A model generated the notes under the pieces. The model was not told the DNA's origin and searched no databases. It worked only from the letters and a program-made list of their open reading frames with translations. Both the position numbers and the translations under genes were made by a program. Positions 40,901 to 53,412 of a stretch of DNA of 64,000 nt are shown here, piece after piece. Position 1 is the first letter of the stretch. Each line of letters starts with the position of its first letter. The stretch covers positions 88,181-152,180 of the forward strand of contig MU057448.1 in the NCBI GenBank assembly GCA_013265495.1, written 5' to 3'. The DNA comes from Vicugna vicugna. Lineage: Eukaryota.

Positions 40901-42460
40901 TGGTGTTTTTCCCATCATGAGACTGCAGACTATTACTAACAGGCAAGTCATATTCTTTCCCCCTGAATTTATAGAGGTTGAAAGCAGCAGAGGTATATTA
41001 CCAGCCTGTACAACAGTGTTAGTCTTGTATCCCTGTTAAAATTCTGTGCCAGTTTAAAGGGATAACATAACGAATGCGGGCGATAACTTTAGAGAACTAG
41101 TAACACCCTCTTTATTGTGTACATTACATACCAGACAGTAAAATATGTATGAGTCCAGATATTCCCTACTCTACTGGACTGCTCTTTCTATATCTCCGTC
41201 CGTATACCCCCACTCCAATCCCCATTTATCCTGTCACCTGAGGACTCAATCTTGCTATGGTAAATCCTACAGGAGGTGTTTTGCTGTAAAGATTGACATA
41301 AAGATTGCTGGCTTGAAGCTACATCCCCTTGAGGCAAGTCCTGAGGAGGAGGCGGCTAAGACCTCTTGTCAGTTCGTGAAGGGGACAAGTTGTGAATAAG
41401 ACCAGGGATCTGGGGACATGTGTGTACACAGCGCTTTCACCTTGTCTTGCCTTCCAGTCTCTGCTCCTGTATGTTTTGCTAGGGCTGCTGTGACTTGTTG
41501 TAAAATTGTTTTGGTGGAAGACATGGCTGTACTACAGGATGAAGTTGTGCAAGGGAAAAAAGGCGGGGGGTACTGACATTCAGATGGACAGAACTGAAGT
41601 AAACATATCTGCTTGTATACACTTCTCTGTAAATGGGAAAATATCCTGCTACTGTGACATGATGAGCACAGGACCTGCGACCAACACTGTTTCACATACG
41701 TTTTGCTGTATCTTCCCCTGGAGAACTCTACAATAATGCAGCAGCCCTTATGATTTAAACTTGTTTCAAATGGGATTTCCAGAATTTCTAGGCAGTGATT
41801 CTGCTGGGAGAGAGTGTTCTCTGTGTCTCACCTGTGCTCTAGGTCAGAGTCCTTGTCCCCCATCCCCCTGGCACGGGGCTGGGTGGCACCAAGGCCCCAG
41901 GGCTGCCTTCTCTCTCCCATCCCCAGGCCTTTTGGGCACTTCCCTCCTTTTGCTCCCAGCTGCTGAGCCGATGATGCCTTTCCAGTGTGTCTTGTTCAAA
42001 GACAGTCTTGGCAGAGAACATGGCTCTGGATGATATGCTTGTCTGGGCAGAGACGTTTAAAGGAAAAGCCAACATTCTCTAAGGAGCCTAGAGACAGTAA
42101 AAAGGAGGACTTTCGAGATTGGACTTTCCATCCACAGAGAAGGGGCACTGCTGTGATTTTTTTTATGCCACGGATCACCCACAAAGGACAGGGTTGTGTG
42201 CACTGTGGTTTCCTAGATCCTCAGCCTTTATCAAAAGGGACAAAAATCTCACTTGGCCTGTTGGAGGCTGCAAGAAGGACCAGGAGTTATTACTGGTATC
42301 AGGACTGTTAACTCAAAACCTGTTCCACTCCCCTGGATGAGATACCATTTCTACGGGCCCAAATTCTTTCTTTTTGGAAATATATAAGCGCTGAAGGAAA
42401 GTGCTCAAGTACCTACTGGGAAAGATCTGCAGTGACGCATAGTTCTTTTCTGTCTCCAAG

Positions 42461-42527
42461 GGCTCTGAGAAAGACTACCAGCTGTGGGTGACTGCTGGCA
42501 AGAAAAAGGCCTCATACCCACTCACTG
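42461..42527 (+). CDS. ARHGAP20-like exon, RA domain (GSEKDYQLWVTAGKKKASYPLT), copy 1
   Basis: tctccaag| acceptor, |gtaagt donor, 67 nt, phase 0-1. Confidence 0.9.
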
Positions 42528-43061
42528 GTAAGTGTCAGGGACACCTAAGGTGGGCTGATTGCAGAAAAAACTGTAACCCTAAACTCTCAAAGTGACAGTT
42601 AATCAGTCTAAAGCTAAAATACCCTCAACAATGAAACTCTCATGCGATACTCATTCTACATTTACTTGACAACCCCAGGCACTTGCTCTACCAGCATGGA
42701 TATTAACATCTCTCCATTCTCCAGCTTATAGTCTAGTTGGAGAGAGAAAGTGAATTTTTCTTCACTATTTTCCTTGACAAACAGAGCTATCTTGGAAAAC
42801 TTTATTAACTTACCTACTCATTTCCTTCCTTCATTACATAGGCAAGGAAACAACACAAATGTTGGAGGCTGCAAGAAGGACCAGGAGTTATTACTGATAT
42901 CAGAACTGTTAACTCAAAACCTGTTCCAACCCCCCTGGATGAAATACCATTTCTATGGGCCCAAATTCTTTCTTTTTGGAAATATAGAAATGCTAAAGAA
43001 ATGTGTTCAAGTACCTACTGTGAAAGATCTGCAGTGACACACAGTTCTTTCTGTCCCCAAG

Positions 43062-43128
43062 GGCTCTGAGAAAGACTACCAGCTGTGGGTCAGTGCTGGC
43101 AAGAAAAAGGCCTCATACCCACTCACTG
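43062..43128 (+). pseudogene. Duplicated RA-domain exon, copy 2 (GSEKDYQLWVSAGKKKASYPLT), with weakened donor
   Basis: Near-identical to 42461-42527; donor is gtgtca instead of gtaagt (4-nt deletion relative to copy 1). Confidence 0.88.
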
Positions 43129-45426
43129 GTGTCAGGGGAACCTAAGGTGGGCAAATCGCATAAAAAACTGTAACCCTAAGGTCTCAAAGTGACAGTCAGT
43201 CTGAAGCTTAAATACCCTCAACAATGAAACTCTCACGCAATCCTCATTCACACATTTGTTCAACAAACCCAGGCACTTACTCTACTGGCATGGATAACAA
43301 CATCTCTTCATTCTCCAGCTTACAGTCTAGTTGGGGAGAGAAAGATAATTTTTCTTCACTACTTTTTTCCTTGACAAACAGAGGTATCTTGGAAAACTTC
43401 ATTAACTTACTAACTCATTTACTTCATTACATAGGCATGAAAATATGACAAATTGGAATATCCTTTCCTCACACACTACTTTCCATATTCCAGTCTTCAA
43501 GTTCTCTGTTCCATTTCCTAATCACTAAGTAGCTTCTATTTCATGAGAATCTTCTAAGATCCAGCCATGCCTCTGAATCTAATATTTAACATCTGCTCCA
43601 TGCCCAAAATTTTTCTCAGCATCAGAAAAAAAAGTGACATAGTCACACTCAGACTCTTCAAGTCTTCGTGGCCTGAAGCACCTGCACTTTGCTGTTTCTT
43701 CAGCTGACTTCACCAGCATTGCTCTTGAGCTTTTCTATAAATACATCACACTTCCCCTACAACAGTTACTAGAGCAAACGAGCTAAAATAATGATACCCA
43801 TCCTTGGATCAGGAAATCTGTACAGTGTGGTCCGTGAAAATAGAGGGGTTAAAACAAGGGGAAGGACAGGATCTGCAGCAGACTGTGCAACACAGTACTG
43901 GGAACAATGACTCCTGCTAGAAATCCTAGAGCACTCCGTCTTACAAGCAGTTTCTTTCTTTTTTTTTTTAATCCATTTAAAAATCCTATGGGGCAATTAC
44001 TCTTTTCCTAGTGATTTCAAGTGCATTTTCAAATGATCTGGAAAATCCAGACAACCAAGTTTTTCCTAAGAAATATATATTCCCAGTCTTAGAATATATG
44101 GGGTCACCAAGTGCATAGCTGAGGACTAAAGTCCCCTCAACTATTCATGATTCTTTTTAATGTTGACATCTTTGTAAATGTTAGTCAGCAATAACCTGAA
44201 AAAAAAAACTGAATACTTAGGTATATTTAAATAAGAGGCATTAATTACATAGAATCACGTAGATGACACCTTGCAGCCTGAGGGTGGCTTCACCCAGCAC
44301 GGCTGCGCTAAGAATCTCTAAGCACCTGTCATTCATGATGACACCTGAGGAGTCGCTCCGCAGGCAGTTTTTACATGTGCTGAATTCTCAGTCCTGGTCA
44401 GTTGGTTGTATTTTATTGATGTCATCAAAGCTTCCTTTGTATTAACAGTTGCAAGTCACTATGATTTCTGTTCTGAACAGAGCACCAAACTTGCATCTGC
44501 ACCACATGAAAAGCAAAGGCAAGAGCTCCCCAAGTTACACTCAATAATAAATCTGAAGTCAAAGACAAGGAACATTCATTCTATTCTTTAAAATGAAATC
44601 CACATCAGTGCACAGGGGCCTTGAGGATTCTATGGAGCCTAAGAAACTAAACCACAAACGAGCAAAACAAATCACTTGGCAGCACCCAGTGATTTCCTGG
44701 GAAGTTCTCCATTCTGTAAACACTGATTTGCACTTTGCTTTTGAGTTTCTAGCACCATGCAGACTCATATCTAATCCTTCCCTGGCAGATCCCCTTGAGG
44801 GGAAGGCAGCAGTGGGAGGGAAACTCGTAGACAAACCTCACTGCTGCTGTTGAGCAGCTCTTCCTACTGGGCTGACAAAAGGAAAAATCTGTTGAGTTGA
44901 CACACATGAGACATTAGAGAACACAGCAAGTCCTACCACACACAGTCCCATTTTGTAAAGAACATTAAGCACCAGTGGTTATTAATGCATCACTTTGGCC
45001 CTTATGAGTCTAAGAGGGGTAAGCAGTTAAAAGGAGGGATATAAGGCCAGTAACTTGCCTAACACGTACAGACCTAGTGCGTCTGTCAAGGCAGAAACTA
45101 GGAGGCCAGCAGCACCCTCAGAGGGACACACAGGGGAAGTCAACGTTGCATGACACACTGACACAGCTACACATTCCAAGCCAAGTGCCGTGTCTGGGAA
45201 GAGTTTTCTCTTTACATCTCAAACTCTTCTGTTTGGGCACCTTGCTTTTGCAGGGGGTCCTCAGGTCAGCCCACTTCGTGCTCGTTCAGGAGGCACAGAC
45301 CTCTTAGCCCAGAACCCCTAGAAGAACAGCAGCCACATCAATGTGGGGCCCTCACTCACAGTAAGGTGGGTCTGACCACACCCATCACCAGCAGCCTGAA
45401 TCTATATTGACTTTATCTCCACATAG

Positions 45427-45615
45427 GCCATGATCATCCACACGACATTAAAATCAGCCCTCTTCCAGCTACTGCGCTCCTACCACAGGGACCGGAGGAC
45501 TCCACCACTCCTTCTGCCCTCCTGGAGGCCATCCTCTTGGAGAAGAGGTCCCCAGAGATCCAAGGCCAGTTCGTCCTGAAGCCCAGGCACCCAGCCAGGA
45601 GCCAGCAGGGCAGAG
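45427..45615 (+). CDS. ARHGAP20-like exon, RA domain C-terminal part (HDHPHDIKISPLP...EIQGQFVLKPRHPARSQQGR)
   Basis: ccacatag| acceptor, |gtgagc donor, 189 nt, phase 1-1, open. Confidence 0.88.
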
Positions 45616-46671
45616 GTGAGCCCCTTCCCTTCCTCGAGTGTCTTCTCTTGGCTCACGTCTCTGCTCCTGAAACCAGACCCATGCACAGAGCAGCTTCTCC
45701 ATGTGGGGGTGCAGGGACAGCACAGGAGGGCACCCAGTACCCACCCAAGCTCAAGCTCAGAGAAACCCTAAAGCTCTGAAATCAAGGCCCAATTCGTGTC
45801 TAGGAAGGTTCAGGTTTTGTGTTTGTTTTCATTCCTCCAGGCCTACTGCCCTTCTCTGTGTCCCAGGAGCTCTTCCTACATGAAACTGTGTGTGTTCACT
45901 ACTGTGTGTCTTAATAAAACATGAGCTTCTTCCAGCCCGGGAACACGTCATCCTTGTCCCAGTGTTTGGTCCAGCATCTCAGACCCTCACAGGAGGTGGT
46001 CAGATGACTGTAGGACTTAAGACACAGCTGCCATGGAAGAACTCCAGTGGCACAGAGTTATGGAGTTGAATTGGATTCTATTCTGGCCTTATGCTGAAGT
46101 GGCCTTGAGGATTCTAGGGTCAGGCAGCTTGTGTCATGAAAAGGCAGATCCTTTGGGTGGGAGGAGGCTGACCGTCATTGGCTACTCAGAAAGCCAAAGA
46201 GAAAATCTCAGAGTGGAAGGAAACTTATTATGAAAGTAAGTTATTACCAAACTCTGCTTGTTAGGGAATACCTAATCTTTTTAGCTTTTACAGTGACATC
46301 TGACACTAGAATCCACTGACAATACTTGTCAGGAACCTTGTATAACTACAGCTTCAGTGCCCCCCATGCCGCAGGGCAGAGGCAGCAGAGAGCGCTGTCT
46401 GGGAAGTGCTGTCAGTGGGAGAGTCACCCCTGAGCCTGATCAAGCCTCTCGGCTTCACTAGCAGTTTGCAGGGCCTGGGGAAGGAGGACACATTGACACC
46501 ACAAGAATCCAAGTAGCCAATGTCAGCCTGCTGGAAATCCTATACAATAAGGGGTTCAGTTTCTCTCTCTTCTGGCCATGACAAGAAACGTGCTGTAAAG
46601 TGCACACTGCGAATAAGGCTAAATGAATTACACTATGACTACTACTAACCCCTCCCCTCCATCACACTCAG

Positions 46672-46841
46672 GCCGCAGGGCAGCCAGCAGAAGCCCGGTC
46701 AGGTCCTGGGCCCTTTGGTGGCACCCCCACCCTTGGCAGGAGAGCCAGCACCCACCTCTGCCATCGGCAAAGCCAGGACAGCTCTTTGAAGCTCCTCTGG
46801 GGGACGTGTGCGGGGACGACAAGCTGCCTGCCCCAGTTCTG
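46672..46841 (+). CDS. ARHGAP20-like exon, start of RhoGAP domain (...SWALWW...KPGQLFEAPLGDVCGDDKLPAPVL)
   Basis: acactcag| acceptor, |gtgggt donor, 170 nt, phase 1-0. Confidence 0.85.
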
Positions 46842-48176
46842 GTGGGTCTCCTTTTGATCTTCTGTAGCCCTCCTGACAAGGGCAGCGCTCACAGGTCACG
46901 TGTTCTCATCCACACCCATCCCCAGGTGGGGAAGTCTTTAGACAGCCCCTGCCTTTGGCTGAGAAGTTTTGTTCATATTACTTCAGAGAATAAATCTGAT
47001 TTCAATACTGCAGGGTCAGAAAGCACATACAGCAGGAAAAACTACTCTTGTCCATTCCACTGGTTTCAGCAAAGACCCACACCCACCTGCTCAGACCCAT
47101 TACAATGGGCTCTGCAGGCATGAAATGCTGAGAGTCCCCCTCACCCTCACCATCCCTCTTCATCTCCTTCCTTGAACTGCACACTAGTCTCAAGTCTCCT
47201 CCATCTGAGTGTACTCAGTCTAACAACTCAGCTCTCACATAGATTTGATCTGTAACCCAAGGGTTTAAGTAAAAAAAGACTCACTCTTTGGCACATATGA
47301 ATTGTCTGATCCTGACAGAATGTGTCAAATGATAGTCAGAGTTTGGTTTGTGTTCTGTACAATTCATATACTGAAATGTCAGGGTTGACGTTTATTCACC
47401 ATCCACTATTTCTCCGAGCACTATATTAGGTGTCAGAAATTTTATGCTAGACATGAAGAAATGTATCATATGAGTTACATGTTACCCCCTACACCAGCCC
47501 TTGCACCTTGCACAGCAATTTTACAGAATAGCTGTGATGATCATCATCCCCAAGAAGGAAGAGTAAAAAGGCCTCAGTAAAGTATGTGCTGTGCCCAAGG
47601 TCAGATAAACAGCATAACAGATTCCAGATTCCTCGGATTTCCTGACTCCAGCACCTGTCGCCTGTCTGTGCTGCAGGCCACATAGCAAAAGGACAGGAAA
47701 GACTGATGAGCAGGGGATGCACCCAGAGGGGAGGAGAGGGGTTTCAGCCCAATTTAAAAGAGGCGAGGAATACAGGAAGCAGAATTGCGGTACATGGTCA
47801 CACACAGAAAATGAATGAGGCAAAGATGTCCATACTTGGGGAAGAGCATCTGCATCAGGGAAGAATGACAGGACCCAGAAGGAGAGGGTGACTGTACAAA
47901 GGCCTCAATGCAGAGAAGTGTGACTTCACAGTGTACATTCATTGAAAAGGAAAATCTGATTCAACAAGTGTTTAAAATGTTACAGCGTATGAATGTTAAA
48001 AGGACTGCTGAGTAGAAAATACATGCAGAGACACAGAAAAAAATTCTAAATTGGCTTTAGTCCTTCCAGCTCCAGCACTGGGACCTCATACACCCCCAGT
48101 CTCTCCAACAGAGGAGAAGCATGTGCTCTGGGCTGGGAGATATGAAATGCCATATATTTTCTTTTCCTCCCTTTAG

Positions 48177-48338
48177 GAGATGCTTTCCATTATCAATCAA
48201 AAAGGGCCACTCACAAACTGCATCTTCCACAAAAATGCCAGTAAAACCTCATGCAGAGCCCTCAAGGAGAGGCTGAACGCTGGGGACACAGTGAACGTGG
48301 AGAATGAGTCCATCCTGGTGCCGGCATCTGTCTTAAAG
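48177..48338 (+). CDS. ARHGAP20-like RhoGAP exon (EMLSIINQKGPLTNCIFHKNASKTSCRALKERLNAG...ESILVPASVLK)
   Basis: Strong pyrimidine tract with ctttag|, |gtagga donor, 162 nt, phase 0-0. Confidence 0.92.
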
Positions 48339-50267
48339 GTAGGAAAACGTCTAGCATTATCCGCGCACAGAGTGACTCTGAGACTCTATGGGGGTCCCTC
48401 ATTGTGACTGCCCGAGAGCAACAGGTGTCATAGATGAAGGATCTGAGAAACTGGAAAACGCTGCACACAAAGTTTAAGGAAGTTACTCTGGGTGTTAGAA
48501 GTCCCATGTTAGGTATACTTTCCTTTTTCATCACAACCCTCTCCCCGTCTTCACTCCTGAACAATCCATGCAAATACAAAAATAAATAACAAATGAAAAA
48601 GCACACACCTGTACAGAATGTACCAAAACAAGCTTTCTGCCTTTGAGGGCTTCCTTACCGCCTTTCTAATGAAGCCAAACTTTCCCCAAAAAATTCCCAT
48701 TAAACTTTAGGAAATACTTACACAAGTTTATCAAGTTAGTAAACATCTACCTTACAATGAATCAAAACACGCTCAGTAAGGCCATCGAAATCTGTGGTGA
48801 CTTCATCATCCTCCCTTCCCCCATCTCCTAATGCATTTACTTTAAAGCTAGTGCAGGGAGGATGGCACCGTGTGTGCCTCCTCTCACCTCCTTTACTGCC
48901 TTTGGCTTCCCTTGTTCATGTCTGTTATGTGTAACCCACCACCCGTGGTTAGAATTCCACGGTAACCGGCTCCTACCACAAGCCTCATTTCAGAAATCTG
49001 TCCGTTAAAGTGAGTGCAGCAGTCAAAATTAGTTTCAAACTCTGAAAATGCAATGGGTTTATAGAAGAAATACATTGATTTTGAAATTATACAGCTAAGT
49101 CAGGTATCCAGCTGCATTTCCACAAAGGGAATCACAGAACAGAAAATGAATTTAATCATTCCATCTTGGTATTTGTTAGCAGCTCTAAACAAAAGTATAT
49201 TAACGTAGTCATGACTACAAACAGGTTATGACAGTTATCTTAGAAACTCCATTACATGTGGTCTTTCCTTGCCCCTATTAATGCTGGACCTTAACTTGAT
49301 TTGTGGGATAAATAGCAACAGTTCAGAACTGACTTAGAGCTGACCCTGACCACACTCGCACCATCATACTACACACTAGGTGTGCAAAGAGCAAGACGAG
49401 TGTTGCCGTAAGTGCACATGGAATTAATCTGCTCATCTAGTAACAGTCAGGCTCTTGTCTATTTCCCATTATAAGCACAGACCAGCAAGAGGCTGGCTAC
49501 TCATGGGTACATGTCTCAGACACTCTTAAAATTCTTGCTTCCTAAAGTTGACTGTTCTTAATGGGAAATCAGACTTTGCAAACTTGGCCTTGATAATACC
49601 ATGTGTCAAATAACCAGAGAGTTGGTCTAAACCAGAAGGGAAGATTTATCACCACCACACTGAGTTTGCCATTAAACTGTCTGTAGACAGAGGTCCCACA
49701 GCAACACCCTTGGCATATCCTGCTTGAGTCATGCTCAGGCTTCACTGCATGCAGCCTCACCCACAGGCTCCACAGCACAGGGCCCAGGAAGGAGACATGT
49801 GCTCCCAGTGCAGGGAGTTGGTACACACAAGACACAGGCCCTGCTGTCCCCTCCCAGACTCCTGGAACCAGACACAGCCAAAGCGCTTCCTCCCTCCAAA
49901 TACACTGGGGTCACTCAAGAGGGAACACAGAGAAGAATCCTAATGACAAGAGAGGGTGCTGCATACCAAGAACACAGTACAGGGATGAGAGGGCAGAGAC
50001 CCTGTCCCCTGCCGTCACTGCTCCGTCGGCAGTGCTCAGGAGAGAGAGGCCGGCACACACAGCAGCTCAGTAAGGACTGGAGCATGTGAACACTGACCAC
50101 ATTATAAGCATCATAGTTTCCTAGAGGCATTTTCTGAACAAGCTCCTATTAAGAGAAGCCTTGGGCTGTGGAGTGAGACCAGTGGAAGCCCGGTGTGCCT
50201 TTGAAACTAACAAGGTGATGCAAAACTTCCCCTAGTCTGGCACAAAACATGACAACTTCAGGGCTGC

Positions 50268-50392
50268 GGAGGGTACAGCTCAGCAGTAGAGTGAATGCTG
50301 AGCAAGCACGAGGTCCTGGGTTCACTCCCCAGAATCTCCAGCAATAAATACATAAATAAATGCAACTACCACCTTGCTCACCAGGGGGAAAA
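50268..50392 (+). mobile_element. tRNA-derived camelid-type SINE (Vic-1-like)
   Basis: ggagggtacagctcagcagtagag (A box) ... gaggtcctgggttcactcccc (B box), then (taaa)n-type tail. Confidence 0.8.
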
Positions 50393-51279
50393 AGTTACTA
50401 CTTCATAAATTTTAATAGGCCCATTTCTGTGATATGAAGGCTTGTACACCAGAAATTAGACAGAAATTGGCCTACTGTCTCTGACTATACTTTAATTAAA
50501 AAAAGAAAATTTATTCATTTTTTCAGGTTCTCACTTAGGAAGCTTACATTTGTGTACCTCTAGTCCTGACACTCAGAGGACTGAAGGTCCAATATATCTA
50601 AATTATAAGTGTCCTACTTGGGAGGGTATGTTCCATTCAAGGAGCTGCAAGGGGTAACATGCACGTACCCACAGGGGATTTTGATATGTTTTTAGCACTT
50701 GCTGCTTAAAAGGCTGCAAACTGAACTTTTATACAGTATCAAAAAGAAGACTGAAGCTATTATGAGTAGTTTTCCCCATGAAACATGCACACCTCACGTC
50801 AGCCCAGGTCTCTTGTAATATGTGTGCAAGAGTGTGAAGGGTGTGTGTTTAGTGTCAGAGCCTCTCTTTCTGAATTAAGAGCAAGCGCTGTCTGAAGCAA
50901 ACAAGTAACATGAGCATGTGTGTTGCTTCTCAAGACACTCACAGGACGTGGGATGGGTGGTCACCAGACCCTATCAGCTGGGACCAGTGCTGACACAGAC
51001 ACAGAGAGCGAGGCCCAGCAGGTGGCGGGGGATTCCTCATCACTCTCACTGCCGTCCAGACTCCACTGTGATGCTTCTAATTTTAGATGGCGAGAGTCCC
51101 AGCCCCACCTCCTGGGTGTGCGAGTCTGTAGAGTCAGAGCCCAGCTCTGCCACGGTCACACATTGGTCGTTGTGAAGGAAGTGAGGCCTGAACGGAATTT
51201 TCCAACTTAATGTTTTCTGTTATTTCTCCAGTATGTATTTATCGTAATAATATAATCTCTTTTTTTTAATCTACGGAAG

Positions 51280-51389
51280 GATTTCCTTCAGAACATTGAA
51301 GGCGGTATTTTCACAGCCAGTCTCCATGACAAATGGCTCAGTGTCCTTGATGACAGGAATGTGGAGGAAAAAATTACTGCAACCTGGAG
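51280..51389 (+). CDS. ARHGAP20-like RhoGAP exon (DFLQNIEGGIFTASLHDKWLSVLDDRNVEEKITATWR)
   Basis: T-tract...ggaag| acceptor, |gtaatg donor, 110 nt, phase 0-2. Confidence 0.9.
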
Positions 51390-51904
51390 GTAATGACAGT
51401 CACATCCCCAAAACACAACCAATATCCTCTTAGGAAAACATCAACTCATAGTTCACAGCTCTGTCTACTGAAGTAATGACCAGTGTCAGAGGGCTGCATC
51501 TGTTACCCACAGGAGCCACTTGAAAATCAGATGCAGGCACTCCTGCTGTTACTCAATTCTTGTTTTTATCCTAATCTTATTAACATGGACTCCAGACCAG
51601 TTGACACTTGCTGAAGACACTGAATTGTTGCAGATGAAATCCACTGGTCAAAACAGAGATGGTAGAGAACCAATCTGCCAGTGTTATGATCTTAACTATT
51701 CAAACACTTAATCAACCACAGAAGTTAGTATCTCACCCAGAAACTGAAATCAATGAACATTTCTGTATGCATTCATGCTTAGAACTCTGAGAGAGAGGAC
51801 TGTGTGCATGGTTTACAAAGACGTACTCTGTTCTCTGTCTCTGTATTTCCACTTCCTAAGCAAAATGACATGCTTTGTTTAAAAGTGCATTTTTCTGTCT
51901 GTAG

Positions 51905-52091
51905 GTATTTAGATCAGCTGCCAAGAGCCAATGTTGACCTACTGAAACACCTTTCTTGAGTGCTCCACAACATTGAGCAACACTCCTCATTCAATCAGAT
52001 GACAGCTTACAATTTATCAGTGTATAGCCCCAAGACTTCTTGGTCCATCTCAAGCCACCAGCTCAGAATTAGAAAAGGACTTCACAAAAAA
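51905..52091 (+). pseudogene. ARHGAP20-like RhoGAP exon with premature stop and internal frameshift
   Basis: Reads YLDQLPRANVDLLKHLS*VLHNIEQHSSFNQMTAYNLSV; the homologous tail (IAPRLLGPSQATSSELEKDFTK) lies in a shifted frame after ~52023. Confidence 0.9.
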
Positions 52092-53268
52092 GTAATGAGA
52101 TCTCTCATTTTTATGCCTTGTGGGGCACGGTTCCCACTTTGAACCTGAAATCTGTGGTACTAACTGTGATGGACCAGTTTTTTAAAGTGCACATTTTAAA
52201 TATGCTCCCCTGGAGGGGCAGAGTCATTGATCTGGGGGTTATGGGAAGGTGGGTTGTTAAGTGGGAAACAGAGCAGTTGAGTCATTTCTCCTTTCCCATC
52301 CAGGAGACTGAACCACAGAGAGATAAGAACAGGATAACGGCACAGAACTGAACCTGAGCTTTGGGGTCTGACAGCCGAGGTTCAATTCTCAGCCTAATCA
52401 CTGAGGGAGTGTGAACTAAGGTGAAGGTCTCATGATTTCATCATCTCATAATGACAACAACACCCAGCTCCTCTGGTCACTGTTGGCACATCTTGGCGGC
52501 TTGGGCAACATGAGCACCCACGGCTCCACACACACTGGCCTTCCTCTGCCAGCTGTAGTCCTCAGAAGGATACTCAGCTTCTACGTCACCCCCACTGCAG
52601 GGGGAAGAGGCTAGTAAAAGATTCCAGAACATCGGAACAGAGCCACAACAGGCCTAGTAAGATCACAGGTCTTCCCCGAGCTCAACCCAACAGCCAGCAT
52701 AAGATGAGGCAACGCAGTTAGACAGACCTGTTTTCTCTCCAGCTGCTTCCTTCCTTCACAAGAAAAATCACAGAAATCTCTGCTTCTGAAGTTTCAGATA
52801 TTTCTTCATTTAAGAGGTGAATTTCTCAAGTTTTTATCTATTGGGTACTTTATTAATTACCATAAGATGTTATATGTCAATTTAATAAAACTGGAAAAAA
52901 TGAAATAGTAACAAATAAATGAAATTTAGTAAGAGAATACACAGATTCACCCCAAGTAACCTTCATGGGTCACTTGAAAATTACCCTAGTTTTAAAGATG
53001 TAACCATTGTTACAAACATGTTAGCTTTTAAACGAGGCCACAAATATAATTTTAGCCTACTGATTAAAAGAATTTTAAAATCTGTACCCAAAGTACTCTT
53101 GAAAGTATCACTTATTAGAGAAAACTGATTTGTATACTCATTTTTCAATCAACTTCGAATTTTTCTCAGAATTCTCTTACATTTTTTAGATTCAAGAGTT
53201 AGATATGAAATGATTTATAACTATGCCATATGGAAAAGAACACCCTGTTTTGCCCTTATGTGTTTCAG

Positions 53269-53412
53269 ATTTCTTTTGTGCAATTTTTTCTGGAAAACGG
53301 CCTCCAGTTCTGGGGAGAAGACATTCCTTCCCTCTGGGGAGAGCGCGCGGCCACTCCTGATGAAGGTGACGTCACTAGTGACAGGGAGGGGGCTGCAGGG
53401 TGTGTGAATCAT
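53269..53412 (+). CDS. ARHGAP20-like exon, end of RhoGAP domain (ISFVQFFLENGLQFWGEDIPSLWGE...)
   Basis: gtttcag| acceptor; matches the IQFLIENC..IFGEEITSLF segment; donor uncertain (gt at 53400 or gtaagt at 53413). Confidence 0.82.

Larger units (their letters stand above)
42260..43453 (+). repeat. Tandem duplication, two ~600-bp units (42260-42860 and 42861-43453)
   Basis: Both units start gttggaggctgcaagaaggaccaggagttattactg and are colinear to cattacataggca...acaaat. Confidence 0.95.
36411..53412 (+). pseudogene. Unprocessed (intron-containing) ARHGAP20-like Rho GTPase-activating protein paralogue; PH-RA-RhoGAP; probably pseudogenised; 5' exons and terminal exon not identified
   Basis: Eleven GT-AG exons with compatible phases translate to segments I recognise as colinear with ARHGAP20, e.g. 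KSFVLGWPTVNFVATF, GSEKDYQLWV, PGQLF..L.DVC..DKLP.PVL, LDQLPRANV, VLHNIEQHSSFNQMTAYNL. It is too divergent to be the orthologue. In-frame TGA at 51957-51959. Confidence 0.92.

Noticed and set aside
48215..48442. Apparent minus-strand exon (tttctcag| ... |gtgagt)
   Set aside because: Region is explained by the plus-strand RhoGAP exon 48177-48338; minus frames are not protein-like
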